Of a stretch of 64,000 bases of DNA, positions 28,436 to 38,385 are shown in pieces. Numbering within the stretch: position 1 is the stretch's first letter; every line of letters begins with the position of its first letter. The DNA lies in contig WJMK01000014.1 in assembly GCA_014727975.1 (NCBI GenBank), positions 2,558 through 66,557 of the forward strand, read 5' to 3'. Both the position numbers and the translations under genes were made by a program. The notes under the pieces are model-generated. The model ran no database searches and was not told the origin of the DNA. It saw only the letters and a program-made list of their open reading frames with translations. Source of the stretch: Candidatus Micrarchaeota archaeon (GTDB lineage Archaea; Micrarchaeota; Micrarchaeia; Anstonellales; Bilamarchaeaceae).

Positions 28436-28456
28436 AACCTCCCTGGTTTTGTGACA
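28436..28456. repeat. Perfect hairpin GGTTCGGC-tttg-GCCGAACC in a divergent intergenic region
   Basis: Read directly as ggttcggctttggccgaacc; coordinates are good to about 2 nt. Confidence 0.7.
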
Positions 28457-28532
28457 CAGGTATAAAAAGCGTTCCCTACACGATAATCAGCAAATCTCCA
28501 TACGGAGGTGTGAAATATGGCACAAAGGTGGT

Positions 28533-28793
28533 ATGAAATCCAGTAACCCGGGAAAAAGCGAACGTGTTAGTGACAACTCTAGTTGTAGGAAAGTCGGGCG
28601 GCCAAAAAGGCTTGACCCCCAATCTGTTGCCGAATTAAGGAAACTCTACCTCTCACAGCCGTATTCAGTACGTGAGCTGGCGGATGCATTTGGGGTTTCC
28701 AGGATGACAGTGTGGAGGGCTGTGGCGCTTCGGAGGAAAGCCGGCCAACAGGCCGGGCAAAGCACTTGCCCCAAAGCGGCAGTTACAGGATAG
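28533..28793 (+). CDS. Small standalone HTH protein (resolvase/Hin-type HTH)
   Basis: GRPKRLDPQSVAELRKLYLSQPYSVRELADAFGVSRMTVWRAV; SD-like AGGTGG upstream; no catalytic domain. Confidence 0.65.
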   Translation: MKSSNPGKSERVSDNSSCRKVGRPKRLDPQSVAELRKLYLSQPYSVRELADAFGVSRMTVWRAVALRRKAGQQAGQSTCPKAAVTG

Positions 28794-28802
28794 GTGGATA
28801 AA

Positions 28803-29090
28803 ATGAGCAGAACAGCGGCAGCAAGGGCCATGCGCACCGAAGCGCAGGCAGGAGAAAAAGGCAACCGGTTCAGGGTAGTTGAAGGCAAAAGGCCTCCCAA
28901 CGGTAAAAAGCTTTCCCTTGGGGAAGCAGCAATGAAGCTTCCCGGGATGAACGGGTTCGGGGTTGAGGGGCCCCGCGGGCTTAAACAGAAAACAGCAGGG
29001 GAAAGGGGGGCTGGAAATAGAGGGAAGCCGGAGCAGGGAAGAAAATACAAAGACCCCAACTGGTGGCAGCACGAAAGAATGGTTATGTAG
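28803..29090 (+). CDS. Small basic protein of unknown function, downstream of HTH protein
   Basis: ORF 28794..29090 (GTG start) or internal ATG 28803, closely following the HTH ORF stop. Confidence 0.45.
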   Translation: MSRTAAARAMRTEAQAGEKGNRFRVVEGKRPPNGKKLSLGEAAMKLPGMNGFGVEGPRGLKQKTAGERGAGNRGKPEQGRKYKDPNWWQHERMVM

Positions 29091-29131
29091 TTGGTACTGC
29101 TTAACCACTCCCTTTTCTTTTTTCTTTTAGC

Positions 29132-29398
29132 TTAATCTGCAAGGAGCTCTCTGGATTTTTTATTTAAAGAAAAGCTGGTGCCTGCAGTGCAGGAATTGGA
29201 AGATCCGGGACAGGACGCTGTAAACGGGCAGCCCCTGCACGAATGAGTTTTATGCTCAGAGAGATACCCCTGCTGCACAAGACTCCGCAGCTGGAGTGAA
29301 AGGGTTTCTCCATCAATTCCGAGCCTATCCGAAAGCTCGCGTACTGAGCCGCACCCGGCATCTATTTCCATTAAGATTTTCTTTAGCATTGCACCCAC
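29132..29398 (-). CDS. FeoC-like winged-helix protein with Cys cluster
   Basis: SVRELSDRLGIDGETLSLQLRSLVQQGYL plus CRGCPFTASCPGSSNSC; immediately follows feoB. Confidence 0.75.
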   Translation of the reverse strand: MGAMLKKILMEIDAGCGSVRELSDRLGIDGETLSLQLRSLVQQGYLSEHKTHSCRGCPFTASCPGSSNSCTAGTSFSLNKKSRELLAD

Positions 29399-31450
29399 CT
29401 ACCCATAACCAAGGGCAGTGCCAACATGCAGCACAAGGAATGCTGCAATCCAGGCCAGAACAGTTGAATAAAGGATTGCAAACCCTGCCCATTTCCAGGA
29501 ATTGGTTTCCTGCTTTATTACTGCAATTGTTGCAAAGCAGGGCACATAAATCAGGGTAAATACCATGAACACGTAAGCCTGGAGCGGGGTCCAGGCAAGG
29601 GCGAGGGTGCTGCCCAGGCTTGCATCATCTGCTACTCCGTAAAGCACCCCAAACGCAGAGATTACCACTTCCTTTGCAAGAAAACCGAAAATAAGGGCAA
29701 CTGTCCCTCTCCAGTCAAAGCCAAGGGGCTGGAAAAGCGGCTCAATCACATGCCCCGCCATTCCAATATAGCTCTCCGGGCCTCCGTATTCTGCACTCTG
29801 GGGATAGCTTGCAAGGAACCACATGATGATTGCAACCAAGAATATGAATGTCCCTGCTTTCTGCACAAAAACCTTGGTGCGCTGCCACATGTGCATGAAC
29901 AGCCCTTTCAGGGTGGGCACATGGTAGGGCGGGAGCTCCATAACAAATGGCTGCTTTTCCTGCTTTGCAATAGATTTCCTGAAAAGCAGGCCCATTGCCG
30001 CAATCAGGATGAAGCTTATGAGCATAAGGGAGAAAACCACCTGGCCTGCTGCTTCAGGGGCAAAAAATGCTGCGGCCAGGAAAACAAAAACCTCCATCCT
30101 GGCTGCGCAGGGAACCAGGGGGTTTACAAGGATTGTGATAAGGCGGTCATCCTCATTCTTGAGCGTGCGCGCGGCCATCACTGCAGGCACATTGCACCCA
30201 AACCCAAGCACAAGGGAGATGAATGATTTGCCGTGCAGGCCTATCTTCTGCATTGCCCTGTTCATCACAAATGCTGCACGGGCCATGTACCCTGTGTCCT
30301 CCAGTATTGCAATTGCAAGAAAGAGCAGGAGTATGTTGGGCAGGAATATCAATACGTTTCCTACTCCTTCCACCAGCGCAACCATTAGCAGCTCTGAAAA
30401 CCAGGGGGGAGAATCAACTGAATGTAAGAGGGATACCAGCACTGAAGCAAATGCCCCGATTCCTGCCTCAACCCCCAGCATCAGGGGCTCGCCCAGCAGG
30501 AAAACAAGCTGGAACATTGCATACATTATCAATAGGAACAATGGTATGCCCAGCAGGGGGTTGGTGATTATGCGGTCTATCTGGTCGCTTCTTATGATGC
30601 GCTCCTCCGGGCTTTTCTGGAGAGATGACTTTATTATGCCATTTATGAATCCGTAGCGCCTGGAAGCTATTGTTATGTCAACCGGCTCCCCAAGGCGCTC
30701 TTCCGCGTCCTTTGAAAAGGATTCCAGGCCTGAACCGCAGATGCTCTTGTCTTCTTCGCATACCTTGGAGATAACATCTGCATCATTCTCAAGGATTTTT
30801 ACTGCAAGCCAGCGCGGGCCGTATTTCTCTGCAAGTGCAGGAATGTCCTGGCAGATGTGCTTGGAAAGCTTTTCCAGTTCCTCTTCCAGGTCCTTCCCAT
30901 AATTAATGGAAATTGGGCGCTGCTTGATTTTTCCTTCTGCAGCAAGCAGGGAAACTTCAGCAAGCTCGTCTATGCCCTTGCCCTGGTCCGCAACAAGGGG
31001 GACTACCGGGCACCCTAATAGCTCGGAGAGCTTCTTGACATCTATTTTCTGCCCCCTGCGGTGGGCAACGTCCATCATATTGAGGGCAATTACCAGATTT
31101 GCCCCAAGCTCCTTGAACTGGGCAGCAAGGTAAAGGTTGCGCTCCAGGTTGGATGCATCAATGATGTCTATTACTACGTCAGGCTTAGTATGGACAACAA
31201 AATCCCTTGCGATAAGTTCTTCTTTTGTATATGCTGAAAGGCTGTAGGTTCCGGGGAGGTCCACTACTTTTGCAGGCTTCTTGGCTTTTTGGTAGCGCTT
31301 CTTGAGCATTCCTTCCTTTTTTTCCACTGTTGCGCCCGGCCAGTTCCCTATCTTTTGGTGGGCCCCGGTAAGTGCATTGAAAACTGTGCTTTTCCCTGTA
31401 TTTGGGTTCCCTGCAAGCGCAAAAACCATCGGTTGTGTTTTACCTTTCAC
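29399..31450 (-). CDS. feoB: Ferrous iron transport protein B
   Basis: G-domain ALAGNPNTGKSTVFNALTG, Gate motifs, LGFGCNVPAVMAARTL, C-terminal membrane core. Confidence 0.97.
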   Translation of the reverse strand: MKGKTQPMVFALAGNPNTGKSTVFNALTGAHQKIGNWPGATVEKKEGMLKKRYQKAKKPAKVVDLPGTYSLSAYTKEELIARDFVVHTKPDVVIDIIDASNLERNLYLAAQFKELGANLVIALNMMDVAHRRGQKIDVKKLSELLGCPVVPLVADQGKGIDELAEVSLLAAEGKIKQRPISINYGKDLEEELEKLSKHICQDIPALAEKYGPRWLAVKILENDADVISKVCEEDKSICGSGLESFSKDAEERLGEPVDITIASRRYGFINGIIKSSLQKSPEERIIRSDQIDRIITNPLLGIPLFLLIMYAMFQLVFLLGEPLMLGVEAGIGAFASVLVSLLHSVDSPPWFSELLMVALVEGVGNVLIFLPNILLLFLAIAILEDTGYMARAAFVMNRAMQKIGLHGKSFISLVLGFGCNVPAVMAARTLKNEDDRLITILVNPLVPCAARMEVFVFLAAAFFAPEAAGQVVFSLMLISFILIAAMGLLFRKSIAKQEKQPFVMELPPYHVPTLKGLFMHMWQRTKVFVQKAGTFIFLVAIIMWFLASYPQSAEYGGPESYIGMAGHVIEPLFQPLGFDWRGTVALIFGFLAKEVVISAFGVLYGVADDASLGSTLALAWTPLQAYVFMVFTLIYVPCFATIAVIKQETNSWKWAGFAILYSTVLAWIAAFLVLHVGTALGYG

Positions 31451-31748
31451 TGCAACCTCTCCTTCTCCTGCGCATTCCTCTTCCCTGAACAGGGGGGATT
31501 CCTGCTTTCATTTTTTCTACAATAATCTCGGATGCCATGCCCGTGTCTATTGCCACCCTGCAGCATCCCTTGATCTGGATCACCATAAGGTCAGATGCGC
31601 CTTTGTTGATTACTGTAACTACTGAGCCAGGGTCAAAACCCAATTCAGTGAGGTGCCTGCGGAGCGGAGGCTCGGCGTTTATTTTTACAATGACTCCGCT
31701 CTCCCTTTCGTTCAGGGACCTGAGTGATATTCTTGGCATTGGCACCAC
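31440..31748 (-). CDS. feoA: Ferrous iron transport protein A (SH3-like)
   Basis: HLTELGFDPGSVVTVINKGASDLMVIQIKGCCRVAIDTGMASEIIV; overlaps the feoB start by 11 nt. Confidence 0.9.
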   Translation of the reverse strand: MVPMPRISLRSLNERESGVIVKINAEPPLRRHLTELGFDPGSVVTVINKGASDLMVIQIKGCCRVAIDTGMASEIIVEKMKAGIPPVQGRGMRRRRRGCSER

Positions 31749-31793
31749 AACTTATCTGGAATTTCTTGAATTTAGGTAAATTTAATGGTTCCC

Positions 31794-32675
31794 CTAACAT
31801 TTTGCGGAAGCAGTTGCCTTTTCCAGGATTTTTTCGAATAACGGGCGGAATTGCGGGGCATGCTCAACCACAGGCTTCATCTCCACTGCTGATTCAACAA
31901 AAGCAAGGTCATAGGGAATTTCTGCGATGACCTCTACCTCTTTCTCTTCTGCAAACTTCCTTATTTCTTTTGAGAAATCGGGGTTGAGGGTACTCTTGTT
32001 TATCACAATTCCATATGGGACTTTGAAATAGTCCAGGACTTCAATTGCGCGCATCAGGTCTGAAAATGCGGAAGGGGTGGGCTCGGCTACTGCCACTGCA
32101 TAATCGCTTCCACGCACTGAGGCAATCACCGGGCATCCTATCCCCGCAGCAGAATCCAGCACAATGTGCTTTGCATTTATCTCCTTCTGGAGGAGGTCTG
32201 CCTTTTCCTTTACAAGGGTTACAATGTCTCCTGAACCGGCCTGCCCGATGCGCAGGAGCCCGGTAGCAACTCCTATCTTTCCTTTTGCGCCTTTGCCTAC
32301 CCATCCATTCTGGACACGGTTAAGGCTTATTGCGCCATGCGGGCAAACAAGCTGGCAGGCGCTGCATCCTTCGCATGCATACTTGTCTATTGTGGGCTTT
32401 TCCCCTGAAAAATCAATTGCTGAAAAAACGCAGATGCCTTCGCACTTTTTGCAGTTTGTGCATTTCTCCTGGTCTATGGTGGCCTTGGAGCCTGTGCTTA
32501 CAGGAGACATTTCAAAATCCTCCCTCCCCATCCCAAAAAGTATTCCGAGATTCGGGGTATCCACATCACAATCGGCTGCAACCACCGGCCCTGACTCTGC
32601 AAGGAGTGCAGCAAGCGAAGCAGAAACCGTGCTTTTCCCTGCGCCTCCCTTTCCTGAAAGCACATTTATTATCAT
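31794..32675 (-). CDS. MinD/ParA-family P-loop ATPase with inserted 4Fe-4S ferredoxin domain
   Basis: GKGGAGKSTVSASLA and CTNCKKCEGICVFSAI..CEGCSACQLVCPHGAI. Confidence 0.93.
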   Translation of the reverse strand: MIINVLSGKGGAGKSTVSASLAALLAESGPVVAADCDVDTPNLGILFGMGREDFEMSPVSTGSKATIDQEKCTNCKKCEGICVFSAIDFSGEKPTIDKYACEGCSACQLVCPHGAISLNRVQNGWVGKGAKGKIGVATGLLRIGQAGSGDIVTLVKEKADLLQKEINAKHIVLDSAAGIGCPVIASVRGSDYAVAVAEPTPSAFSDLMRAIEVLDYFKVPYGIVINKSTLNPDFSKEIRKFAEEKEVEVIAEIPYDLAFVESAVEMKPVVEHAPQFRPLFEKILEKATASAKC

Positions 32676-33517
32676 GGCTCCTCCCTCCGTATCTTCTTTG
32701 CGATTTCCTTTATCTCAGGGACCAGTGCGGGCACACCCTGAGAATACATTTTTGCAATCTCCAGTGAGTAGGGAATCTCCCCATAAATGGGAATGTTGTT
32801 TTTTGCAAAAATATTTTCTGCCAGCTCCCGTTTGCCTACACCTGCCTTGTTGAGTATTCCCTGTGCAGGGATTTTCAGCTCTGCAAGAAGCTCAAGTATA
32901 AGGTTGAGGTCATGGGCGCCCATGGGGGTTGCCTCGGCAACTGCAAGCGCAAGGCTGCAGCCCCTGAGGGCGGCAATCACGTTGCAGTGGGTCCCTGCAG
33001 CAGTGTCCACTATTATATAATCATAATTTTTCCCGGCTTCAGAAATGTATTTGTTGACTGCATTCACTACAGGGGAGCTTTCTTTTTTGCCTGCCTTCAG
33101 CTCTCCGGAAACAAAATCAAGACCCTGCCCTGAGCCAGTATAGATGGCTCCCGTGGAAACCTGCTCGGATTCTATTGCATCAACAGGGCAGGCAAGCATG
33201 CAGGCCGTGCACCCGATGCACTGGTCGGGGATAATTTTTGGGCCGGTTTCCTTGTGGAAAAGAATTGCGCTTTCCTGGCAGGCCTCTGCGCACTTGCCGC
33301 ATTTTATGCACTTCTCATTAACCCGCTTGGGCATTGTTATCATTACGTCTTTTTCCTTTTTGGGATGGATGGAAAGGAGAAGGTGGTCATCCGGGCAGTC
33401 CACATCCATATCTGCAAGCAGGACCTTGTTTTCCTTTGCAAGCTCAACCGCAAGTGCTGTAGCTACCAGGGATTTTCCTGTCCCTCCTTTGCCCCCGGTT
33501 ATTGCAATCCGCACCAA
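32672..33517 (-). CDS. MinD/ParA-family P-loop ATPase with inserted 4Fe-4S ferredoxin domain (second copy)
   Basis: GKGGTGKSLVATALA and CIKCGKCAEACQESAI..CIGCTACMLACPVDAI. Confidence 0.93.
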   Translation of the reverse strand: MVRIAITGGKGGTGKSLVATALAVELAKENKVLLADMDVDCPDDHLLLSIHPKKEKDVMITMPKRVNEKCIKCGKCAEACQESAILFHKETGPKIIPDQCIGCTACMLACPVDAIESEQVSTGAIYTGSGQGLDFVSGELKAGKKESSPVVNAVNKYISEAGKNYDYIIVDTAAGTHCNVIAALRGCSLALAVAEATPMGAHDLNLILELLAELKIPAQGILNKAGVGKRELAENIFAKNNIPIYGEIPYSLEIAKMYSQGVPALVPEIKEIAKKIRREEP

Positions 33518-33526
33518 TTTAATCGC

Positions 33527-33934
33527 CTATTTTTTCAGGAATCCTGCATGGGAGCCAGGGTTTGCCTTTGGGAGCTTGCCCTGGAGAAATGCATCCACAT
33601 TCTCCTGCACAGTTCCGCTGGTGCTGTCATACACCTCAATTCCAAAGGACTCCAGGGCGCTGAATGCCTTGGGTCCCACTGTGCCTGCAATCAGCGTGGT
33701 TGCGCCCTGGTCGTGGGCAGCCTGGGCCGCAGCCACTCCTGCACCGCCCTGCTGGTTTGCAGCCTCATTTGGAACTGCAGTATTGCCGACTACTTTCCCC
33801 CCTTCTATTTCTACAAGCATAAAATAGGGGCATCTTCCAAAAACAGGGCTCAGCTTGGAGTCCATGCTTGGAGTTTGTGAAGGTACTATTGCTTTCATAT
33901 TGCATCCACCTCTGGAGTAAAAAAGAAACCTCAA
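33527..33934 (-). CDS. NifX/NifB-type dinitrogenase iron-molybdenum cofactor binding-like protein
   Basis: DSKLSPVFGRCPYFMLVEIEGGKVV...AAQAAHDQGATTLIAGTVGPKAFSAL. Confidence 0.88.
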   Translation of the reverse strand: MRFLFYSRGGCNMKAIVPSQTPSMDSKLSPVFGRCPYFMLVEIEGGKVVGNTAVPNEAANQQGGAGVAAAQAAHDQGATTLIAGTVGPKAFSALESFGIEVYDSTSGTVQENVDAFLQGKLPKANPGSHAGFLKK

Positions 33935-33970
33935 GGCTTTAATGTATAGCTGTTAGGAAGCTTAAAAAAG

Positions 33971-33984
33971 TTTGGGTGCCCAAA
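33971..33984. promoter_or_regulatory. Candidate metal-responsive operator palindrome TTTGGG-TG-CCCAAA
   Basis: Perfect inverted repeat 7 nt upstream of the DtxR-type regulator ATG and in the divergent intergenic region of the Fe/S cluster. Confidence 0.5.
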
Positions 33985-33991
33985 AATTCTT

Positions 33992-34477
33992 ATGCTAAGC
34001 CAAAAATGTGAGGACTACCTTGAATCAATTCTTATACTAGTAGAAAAAAAGGGATATGCCCGGCCAAGGGACGTTGCAGCAAAGATGGGAGTGAAGCCCC
34101 CGAGCGTAACTGAAATGCTTGGGAAGCTCAAGAGGGAGGGATATGTAAACTATGAGAGGTATGGGGAGGTTACACTTACTCCTGCAGGGTTTGTGGAGGC
34201 CAGGAAGGTCAAGCGCAAGCACGAAGTTTTTGAGAAGCTCCTTGCTATGCTCCTTGTGCCCCCTGAGATTGCGGAGGAGGACGCATGCGTGCTTGAGCAC
34301 CACATCCACAAAAAAACCGAAATCCAGCTTTCCAGGTTCGTGCAGTTTGTGGAAGAGTTCAGGGGAAGCCCCCTTTTCCTCAGGAACTTCAAAAAATACT
34401 GCGAAACAGGGGAGCTGCCAAAAAAGTGCAAGCGGGCAAAGAAAAGGAAGCAGGTGGGTGCAATAAAAAGAATTTAA
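33992..34477 (+). CDS. DtxR/MntR-family metal-dependent transcriptional regulator
   Basis: CEDYLESILILVEKKGYARPRDVAAKMGVKPPSVTEMLGKLKREGYVNYERYGEVTLTPAG and EDACVLEHHIHKKTEIQLSRFVQFVE. Confidence 0.93.
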   Translation: MLSQKCEDYLESILILVEKKGYARPRDVAAKMGVKPPSVTEMLGKLKREGYVNYERYGEVTLTPAGFVEARKVKRKHEVFEKLLAMLLVPPEIAEEDACVLEHHIHKKTEIQLSRFVQFVEEFRGSPLFLRNFKKYCETGELPKKCKRAKKRKQVGAIKRI

Positions 34478-34512
34478 AGCATGGAGGAAGCATTTGGAAC
34501 AATGGTGAGCCT

Positions 34513-35046
34513 ATGGGAAAAAAGATGCTGATGATAATCCCTCCTGAAAAGTTCAGGGATGAAGAATTGTTTGTGCCAAAAGAGCATTTTGAGGGGAAGG
34601 GCATGGAGATTACAATTGCAAGCACGAAAACAGGGGAGTGCTCCGGAATGATGGGCGGCACTGCAAATGCGGAGATTGCGCTCGGGGATGTTAGTGTTGG
34701 GGATTATGACGCAGTTGTGTTTGTTGGGGGGCAGGGAGTGCCCCTGGTCCGGAGGGAAGAAAAAGCGCTGGAAATTTCCCGGGAAACTGCGGCAAAAGGA
34801 AAGGTCCTGGGGGCTATCTGCTGGGCACCCACCATCCTTGCAAAGGCAGGGGTGCTTGAAGGGAAGCGTGCAACGGTCTGGAATGGGCCTGATGCGGAGT
34901 TCGGCATAAGCACAAGCGAATACCTTGAGAAGCAGGGGGCGAACTATTCTGGTGAGGGGTTCGTGGCAGATGGGAAAATTGTTACTGCGGACGGGCCCGC
35001 GCATGCAAAGGAATTTGCTGAATCAATTGAGGAGCTGCTTGAGTAG
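34513..35046 (+). CDS. DJ-1/PfpI family protein
   Basis: YDAVVFVGGQGVP and GKVLGAICWAPTILAKAGVLEGKRATVW; nucleophile-elbow Cys in AICWAP. Confidence 0.93.
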   Translation: MGKKMLMIIPPEKFRDEELFVPKEHFEGKGMEITIASTKTGECSGMMGGTANAEIALGDVSVGDYDAVVFVGGQGVPLVRREEKALEISRETAAKGKVLGAICWAPTILAKAGVLEGKRATVWNGPDAEFGISTSEYLEKQGANYSGEGFVADGKIVTADGPAHAKEFAESIEELLE

Positions 35047-35079
35047 CCCCTTTTAATTTTTTGCAGAGAAAACCCCTGT

Positions 35080-35955
35080 ATGGGAATTGCAGACAGCCTC
35101 AAGCGGGGATTCAGACTCCTGTCCGAAGTGATAGATGAAGGAATGGTTTTCGGGAAAAAACACATTAAAGCTGTAATCGGATACCAGCTGGTATCAATGA
35201 TTGCCGCGCTTGCAGCAATGACAGTTGCAGGAATAGGCATATTTATCGCAATGGTGTTTGTTTTGCAGTATTCTGATATTGCAGCATTCCTGATAACCGC
35301 GGTATTGCTAATTGCGGGTCTGTTGGTGGGGGGCACCTACTCCATGGCGGCAAGCCTGGGGGCAATAGAGTTTATCTACAACGGGGGGAAGAAAGCAGGG
35401 TATTTTGAAGGGAAAAATGTGAATCTTGCATTCAGGTGGATCTCCTTCTGGCTTGTGGCTGCAATCAGCGTGGCTGCGCTTGCAATACTCATTGCGCTTG
35501 GGGCAGTGTACCTGGATACAACCGGGACGATAGGCATCATTCTTGCTGTGGCGGCCTACGCTGTATTTTTGCTTATTGCAATCCTGCTGGGGATAATGCT
35601 CTACTACTCAAACCAGGAAATTGCAATAAAAAGGCTCGGGCCGGTAGCTGCAATCAAATCCTCAATAAAGGTTTTCAGGAACAATTTCTGGGAAACGCTG
35701 GTTTTTGCTGTGCTTGTCGCAGTTGGGTCTGCTCTGGTGCAGATTCCAGTGGCCATTGTGGTAAGCGGGATTACCCAGTTGATAATGGTTGCTTCAGTTG
35801 CAACTGCGGTGCTGGCAATCCTGGGCATAATTGTAGCAATCATCGGGGTGGCAATACGGATTGCAGTTGCCCTGCTTGTGGAATCCGCAGCGCTTATCCT
35901 GAAGGTGAAATTCTACCAGAAAATAACCAGGGCTAAAAAGAAGACAAGCGCTTAA
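35080..35955 (+). CDS. DUF6159-like polytopic membrane protein
   Basis: RGFRLLSEVIDEGMVFGKKHIKAVIGYQLVSMI; multiple TM helices. Confidence 0.6.
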   Translation: MGIADSLKRGFRLLSEVIDEGMVFGKKHIKAVIGYQLVSMIAALAAMTVAGIGIFIAMVFVLQYSDIAAFLITAVLLIAGLLVGGTYSMAASLGAIEFIYNGGKKAGYFEGKNVNLAFRWISFWLVAAISVAALAILIALGAVYLDTTGTIGIILAVAAYAVFLLIAILLGIMLYYSNQEIAIKRLGPVAAIKSSIKVFRNNFWETLVFAVLVAVGSALVQIPVAIVVSGITQLIMVASVATAVLAILGIIVAIIGVAIRIAVALLVESAALILKVKFYQKITRAKKKTSA

Positions 35956-36877
35956 TCCTGTCTCCGATTGGCGGGTGTGTTGCGAACATTCCCGCAACCT
36001 TTTTTCCTATCGGGTCAGCAAAATACATTGGTGCGGTAGAATCCGTGGCAAGCTTCACAGGCTTGTAGTTGTCCCTTATTTTTATTAGTGCGTTCTTTAG
36101 CCCATCCGGGTAGCGGGTAAGCCGTACTGCGCTTGCATCCGCAAGGTATTCTCGCTGGCGGGAGATTGCAAAGCGCACCATCATTGCAACAATGGGGGCA
36201 AGGATTGCAAGAATGAGCCCCAGGACCATTATCAGGCCTGAGTCTCCGCCCCTCCTGTTTCCTCCCCGCACTCCTCCCCAGATAAAAGTGCGGAGGATTA
36301 TTTCTGAAAGGAATCCGACAAGGCCGACCATTACGATTGTGAGCATCATGAAGCGGATGTCATAGTTTGCAATGTGGGACATTTCATGGGCAACCACCCC
36401 CTCCAGCTCCTGCCGGTCAAGTTTTTCCAGCAGGCCACGGGTAACAACAATTGCAGAATGCTCAGGGTCCCTTCCTGTTGCAAAGGCGTTCAGGGCCCTG
36501 TCTTCAACTATGTAAACCTTTGGCTTGGGTATTTGCGCTGCGAGCGCAAGGCCCTCAACCAGGTGGAACAGGTAAGGGTGGTCGCTTTTTTTCAGGGGTT
36601 TGGCGCCGCTTAATGCAAGGACCACTTTTGAGCCCATGTAATATGAAAAGGCTGCATATACCAGGCCTATGAATAAACCGATGAAAAGGCCGTAATATCC
36701 GATTCCCCATATATGGCCCAGGGCAAGGCAGAGCACAAACACTATCATGCAAACCACTGCCATAAGCAGGAGGGAATTTCGCTTATTTGCATTGATTGCG
36801 TCAAAAAAGCTCTGCCCGGGCTCCCGGGGTATGTATTCCTGGGGCGGATGCTCCGGAGGGGCTGTTTCCTTGGCCAT
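35933..36877 (-). CDS. htpX: M48-family zinc metalloprotease, HtpX-like
   Basis: VVAHEMSHIANYDIRFMMLTIV with HExxH variant HEMSH, and ATGRDPEHSAIVVTRGLLEKLDRQELEGV. Confidence 0.93.
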   Translation of the reverse strand: MAKETAPPEHPPQEYIPREPGQSFFDAINANKRNSLLLMAVVCMIVFVLCLALGHIWGIGYYGLFIGLFIGLVYAAFSYYMGSKVVLALSGAKPLKKSDHPYLFHLVEGLALAAQIPKPKVYIVEDRALNAFATGRDPEHSAIVVTRGLLEKLDRQELEGVVAHEMSHIANYDIRFMMLTIVMVGLVGFLSEIILRTFIWGGVRGGNRRGGDSGLIMVLGLILAILAPIVAMMVRFAISRQREYLADASAVRLTRYPDGLKNALIKIRDNYKPVKLATDSTAPMYFADPIGKKVAGMFATHPPIGDRIKRLSSF

Positions 36878-36887
36878 CTCAATTCAC

Positions 36888-37463
36888 TCAGAAATTAACT
36901 TCAGGAACTTTCTTTTCTTCCTCTTCAGTCTCAAAGTAATCCTGCTTTTTGTGGCCGAGCATGCCTGAGAATATCACGTAAGGAAGGACCTGCTGGGTAT
37001 TGTTGTAGTGGTAAACTGAATCATTGTATGCAGTCCTTGCATATGCAATCTTGTTTTCGATTCCGGAAAGCTCCTCCTGTAGCATCATGAAATTCTGGCT
37101 TGCCTTGAGGTCAGGGTAGTTCTCGGAAACTGCAAAGAGGGACTTGAGCGCATCGGTGAGCATATTGCTTGCCTTTGCCTTTCCTTCAACAGTCCCTGCA
37201 GCCATAACCTGTGCGCGTGCCTTGGTAACGTTCTCAAATACAGATTTCTCATGCTTTGCATAGCCCTTTACTGTTTCAACAAGGTTGGGCACAAGGTCGT
37301 TCCTTTTCTTCAGCTGCACATCAATCTGTGCCCAGGCATTCTCAACACGGTTCCTCAGGGTTACCAGGCGGTTGTAGACAAAATAAAGTATGCCTGCCAC
37401 CAGAATTGCGCCGCCAACAACTATTGCCCCGATACAAAGAGCTCCTCCAACTTCTAATGTCAT
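36888..37463 (-). CDS. LemA family protein
   Basis: [43 protein letters not shown]; adjacent to the HtpX-like gene. Confidence 0.95.
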   Translation of the reverse strand: MTLEVGGALCIGAIVVGGAILVAGILYFVYNRLVTLRNRVENAWAQIDVQLKKRNDLVPNLVETVKGYAKHEKSVFENVTKARAQVMAAGTVEGKAKASNMLTDALKSLFAVSENYPDLKASQNFMMLQEELSGIENKIAYARTAYNDSVYHYNNTQQVLPYVIFSGMLGHKKQDYFETEEEEKKVPEVNF

Positions 37464-37488
37464 GCATAAAAGATAGAAGTATGCGCTT

Positions 37489-37809
37489 TTAATCCTTATC
37501 TTTCTCCCGGAGAGACGAGAGGGTGCCGCTGGTTGATAGCGGGATTATTCTTGCAGGCTTTCCATTGAGCTCGCTTATGAGGGCAAGCATCCCGAGCACC
37601 TCTTCTGCAGAAGCGCGGTTCACCAGCAGGACGCCCTTGTTCCTGTTTAATTCAATAAGCCTGAGCATGCGGGAAGAAAGCCCGTATTCCCCAAAAAACT
37701 TAAGGGAAAATAAGTAAATGCCTTGGGAAAGCTCTTTCTCAGTTAAATCGCCTTTAAGGATGAAAGAGATGTATCTTTTCTTCATTCTCTGGGAGGGCTT
37801 GATGCTCAT
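37489..37809 (-). CDS. rnp2: Ribonuclease P protein component 2 (Pop5/Rpp14 family)
   Basis: [22 protein letters not shown]...[47 protein letters not shown]. The start is probably internal to ORF 37489..37878. Confidence 0.7.
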   Translation of the reverse strand: MSIKPSQRMKKRYISFILKGDLTEKELSQGIYLFSLKFFGEYGLSSRMLRLIELNRNKGVLLVNRASAEEVLGMLALISELNGKPARIIPLSTSGTLSSLREKDKD

Positions 37810-37907
37810 GGGAAAATGATGGGGGGAGGGATTTAAGGCGGTGTCTGTAACCATGGTTACAAAAACCCCATAAAACAAATTTTAAACTTTCCATTCTTTA
37901 GAATAGC

Positions 37908-38348
37908 ATGGCAGAAAGAATACTGGTTATCTCCGGAAGCAAGAGCGATGAGAAGATTGTAAAGAAAATAACTGATGTGCTGGAAGAGTTTGAAGTGGAA
38001 TATAAGTACGAAGTTGCATCAGCGCACAGAACTCCTGAAAAGGTTGAGAAACTCGTAAAAAGCACTTTTGCAGATGCAATTATTGCTGTTGCCGGGCTTT
38101 CCGCGGCACTCCCTGGAGTCATTGCAGCACATACCCTCACCCCTGTAATCGGGGTCCCTGTCTCTGCAAAGCTTGAAGGGATGGATGCCCTGCTGAGCAT
38201 TGCACAGATGCCTCCTGGAATCCCGGTTGCTGCAGTGGGAATAGATAATGGGAAGAATGCTGCATTGCTTGCGCTGCAAATCCTTGCGCTGCAGGATAAA
38301 AAAATTGAAGAGAAGCTGGTCGCCTACCGGGAAAAAATGAAAGGATGA
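37908..38348 (+). CDS. purE: 5-(carboxyamino)imidazole ribonucleotide mutase-like / AIR carboxylase
   Basis: [55 protein letters not shown]. Confidence 0.93.
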   Translation: MAERILVISGSKSDEKIVKKITDVLEEFEVEYKYEVASAHRTPEKVEKLVKSTFADAIIAVAGLSAALPGVIAAHTLTPVIGVPVSAKLEGMDALLSIAQMPPGIPVAAVGIDNGKNAALLALQILALQDKKIEEKLVAYREKMKG

Positions 38349-38385
38349 TCTTGGGAAAGTTGAAAAACAAAAAAGGGAGGAAGGG

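Noticed and set aside
28533-28793. Serine recombinase or mobile element remnant
   Set aside because: Only the HTH part is present, with no catalytic domain, terminal repeats or target duplication visible.
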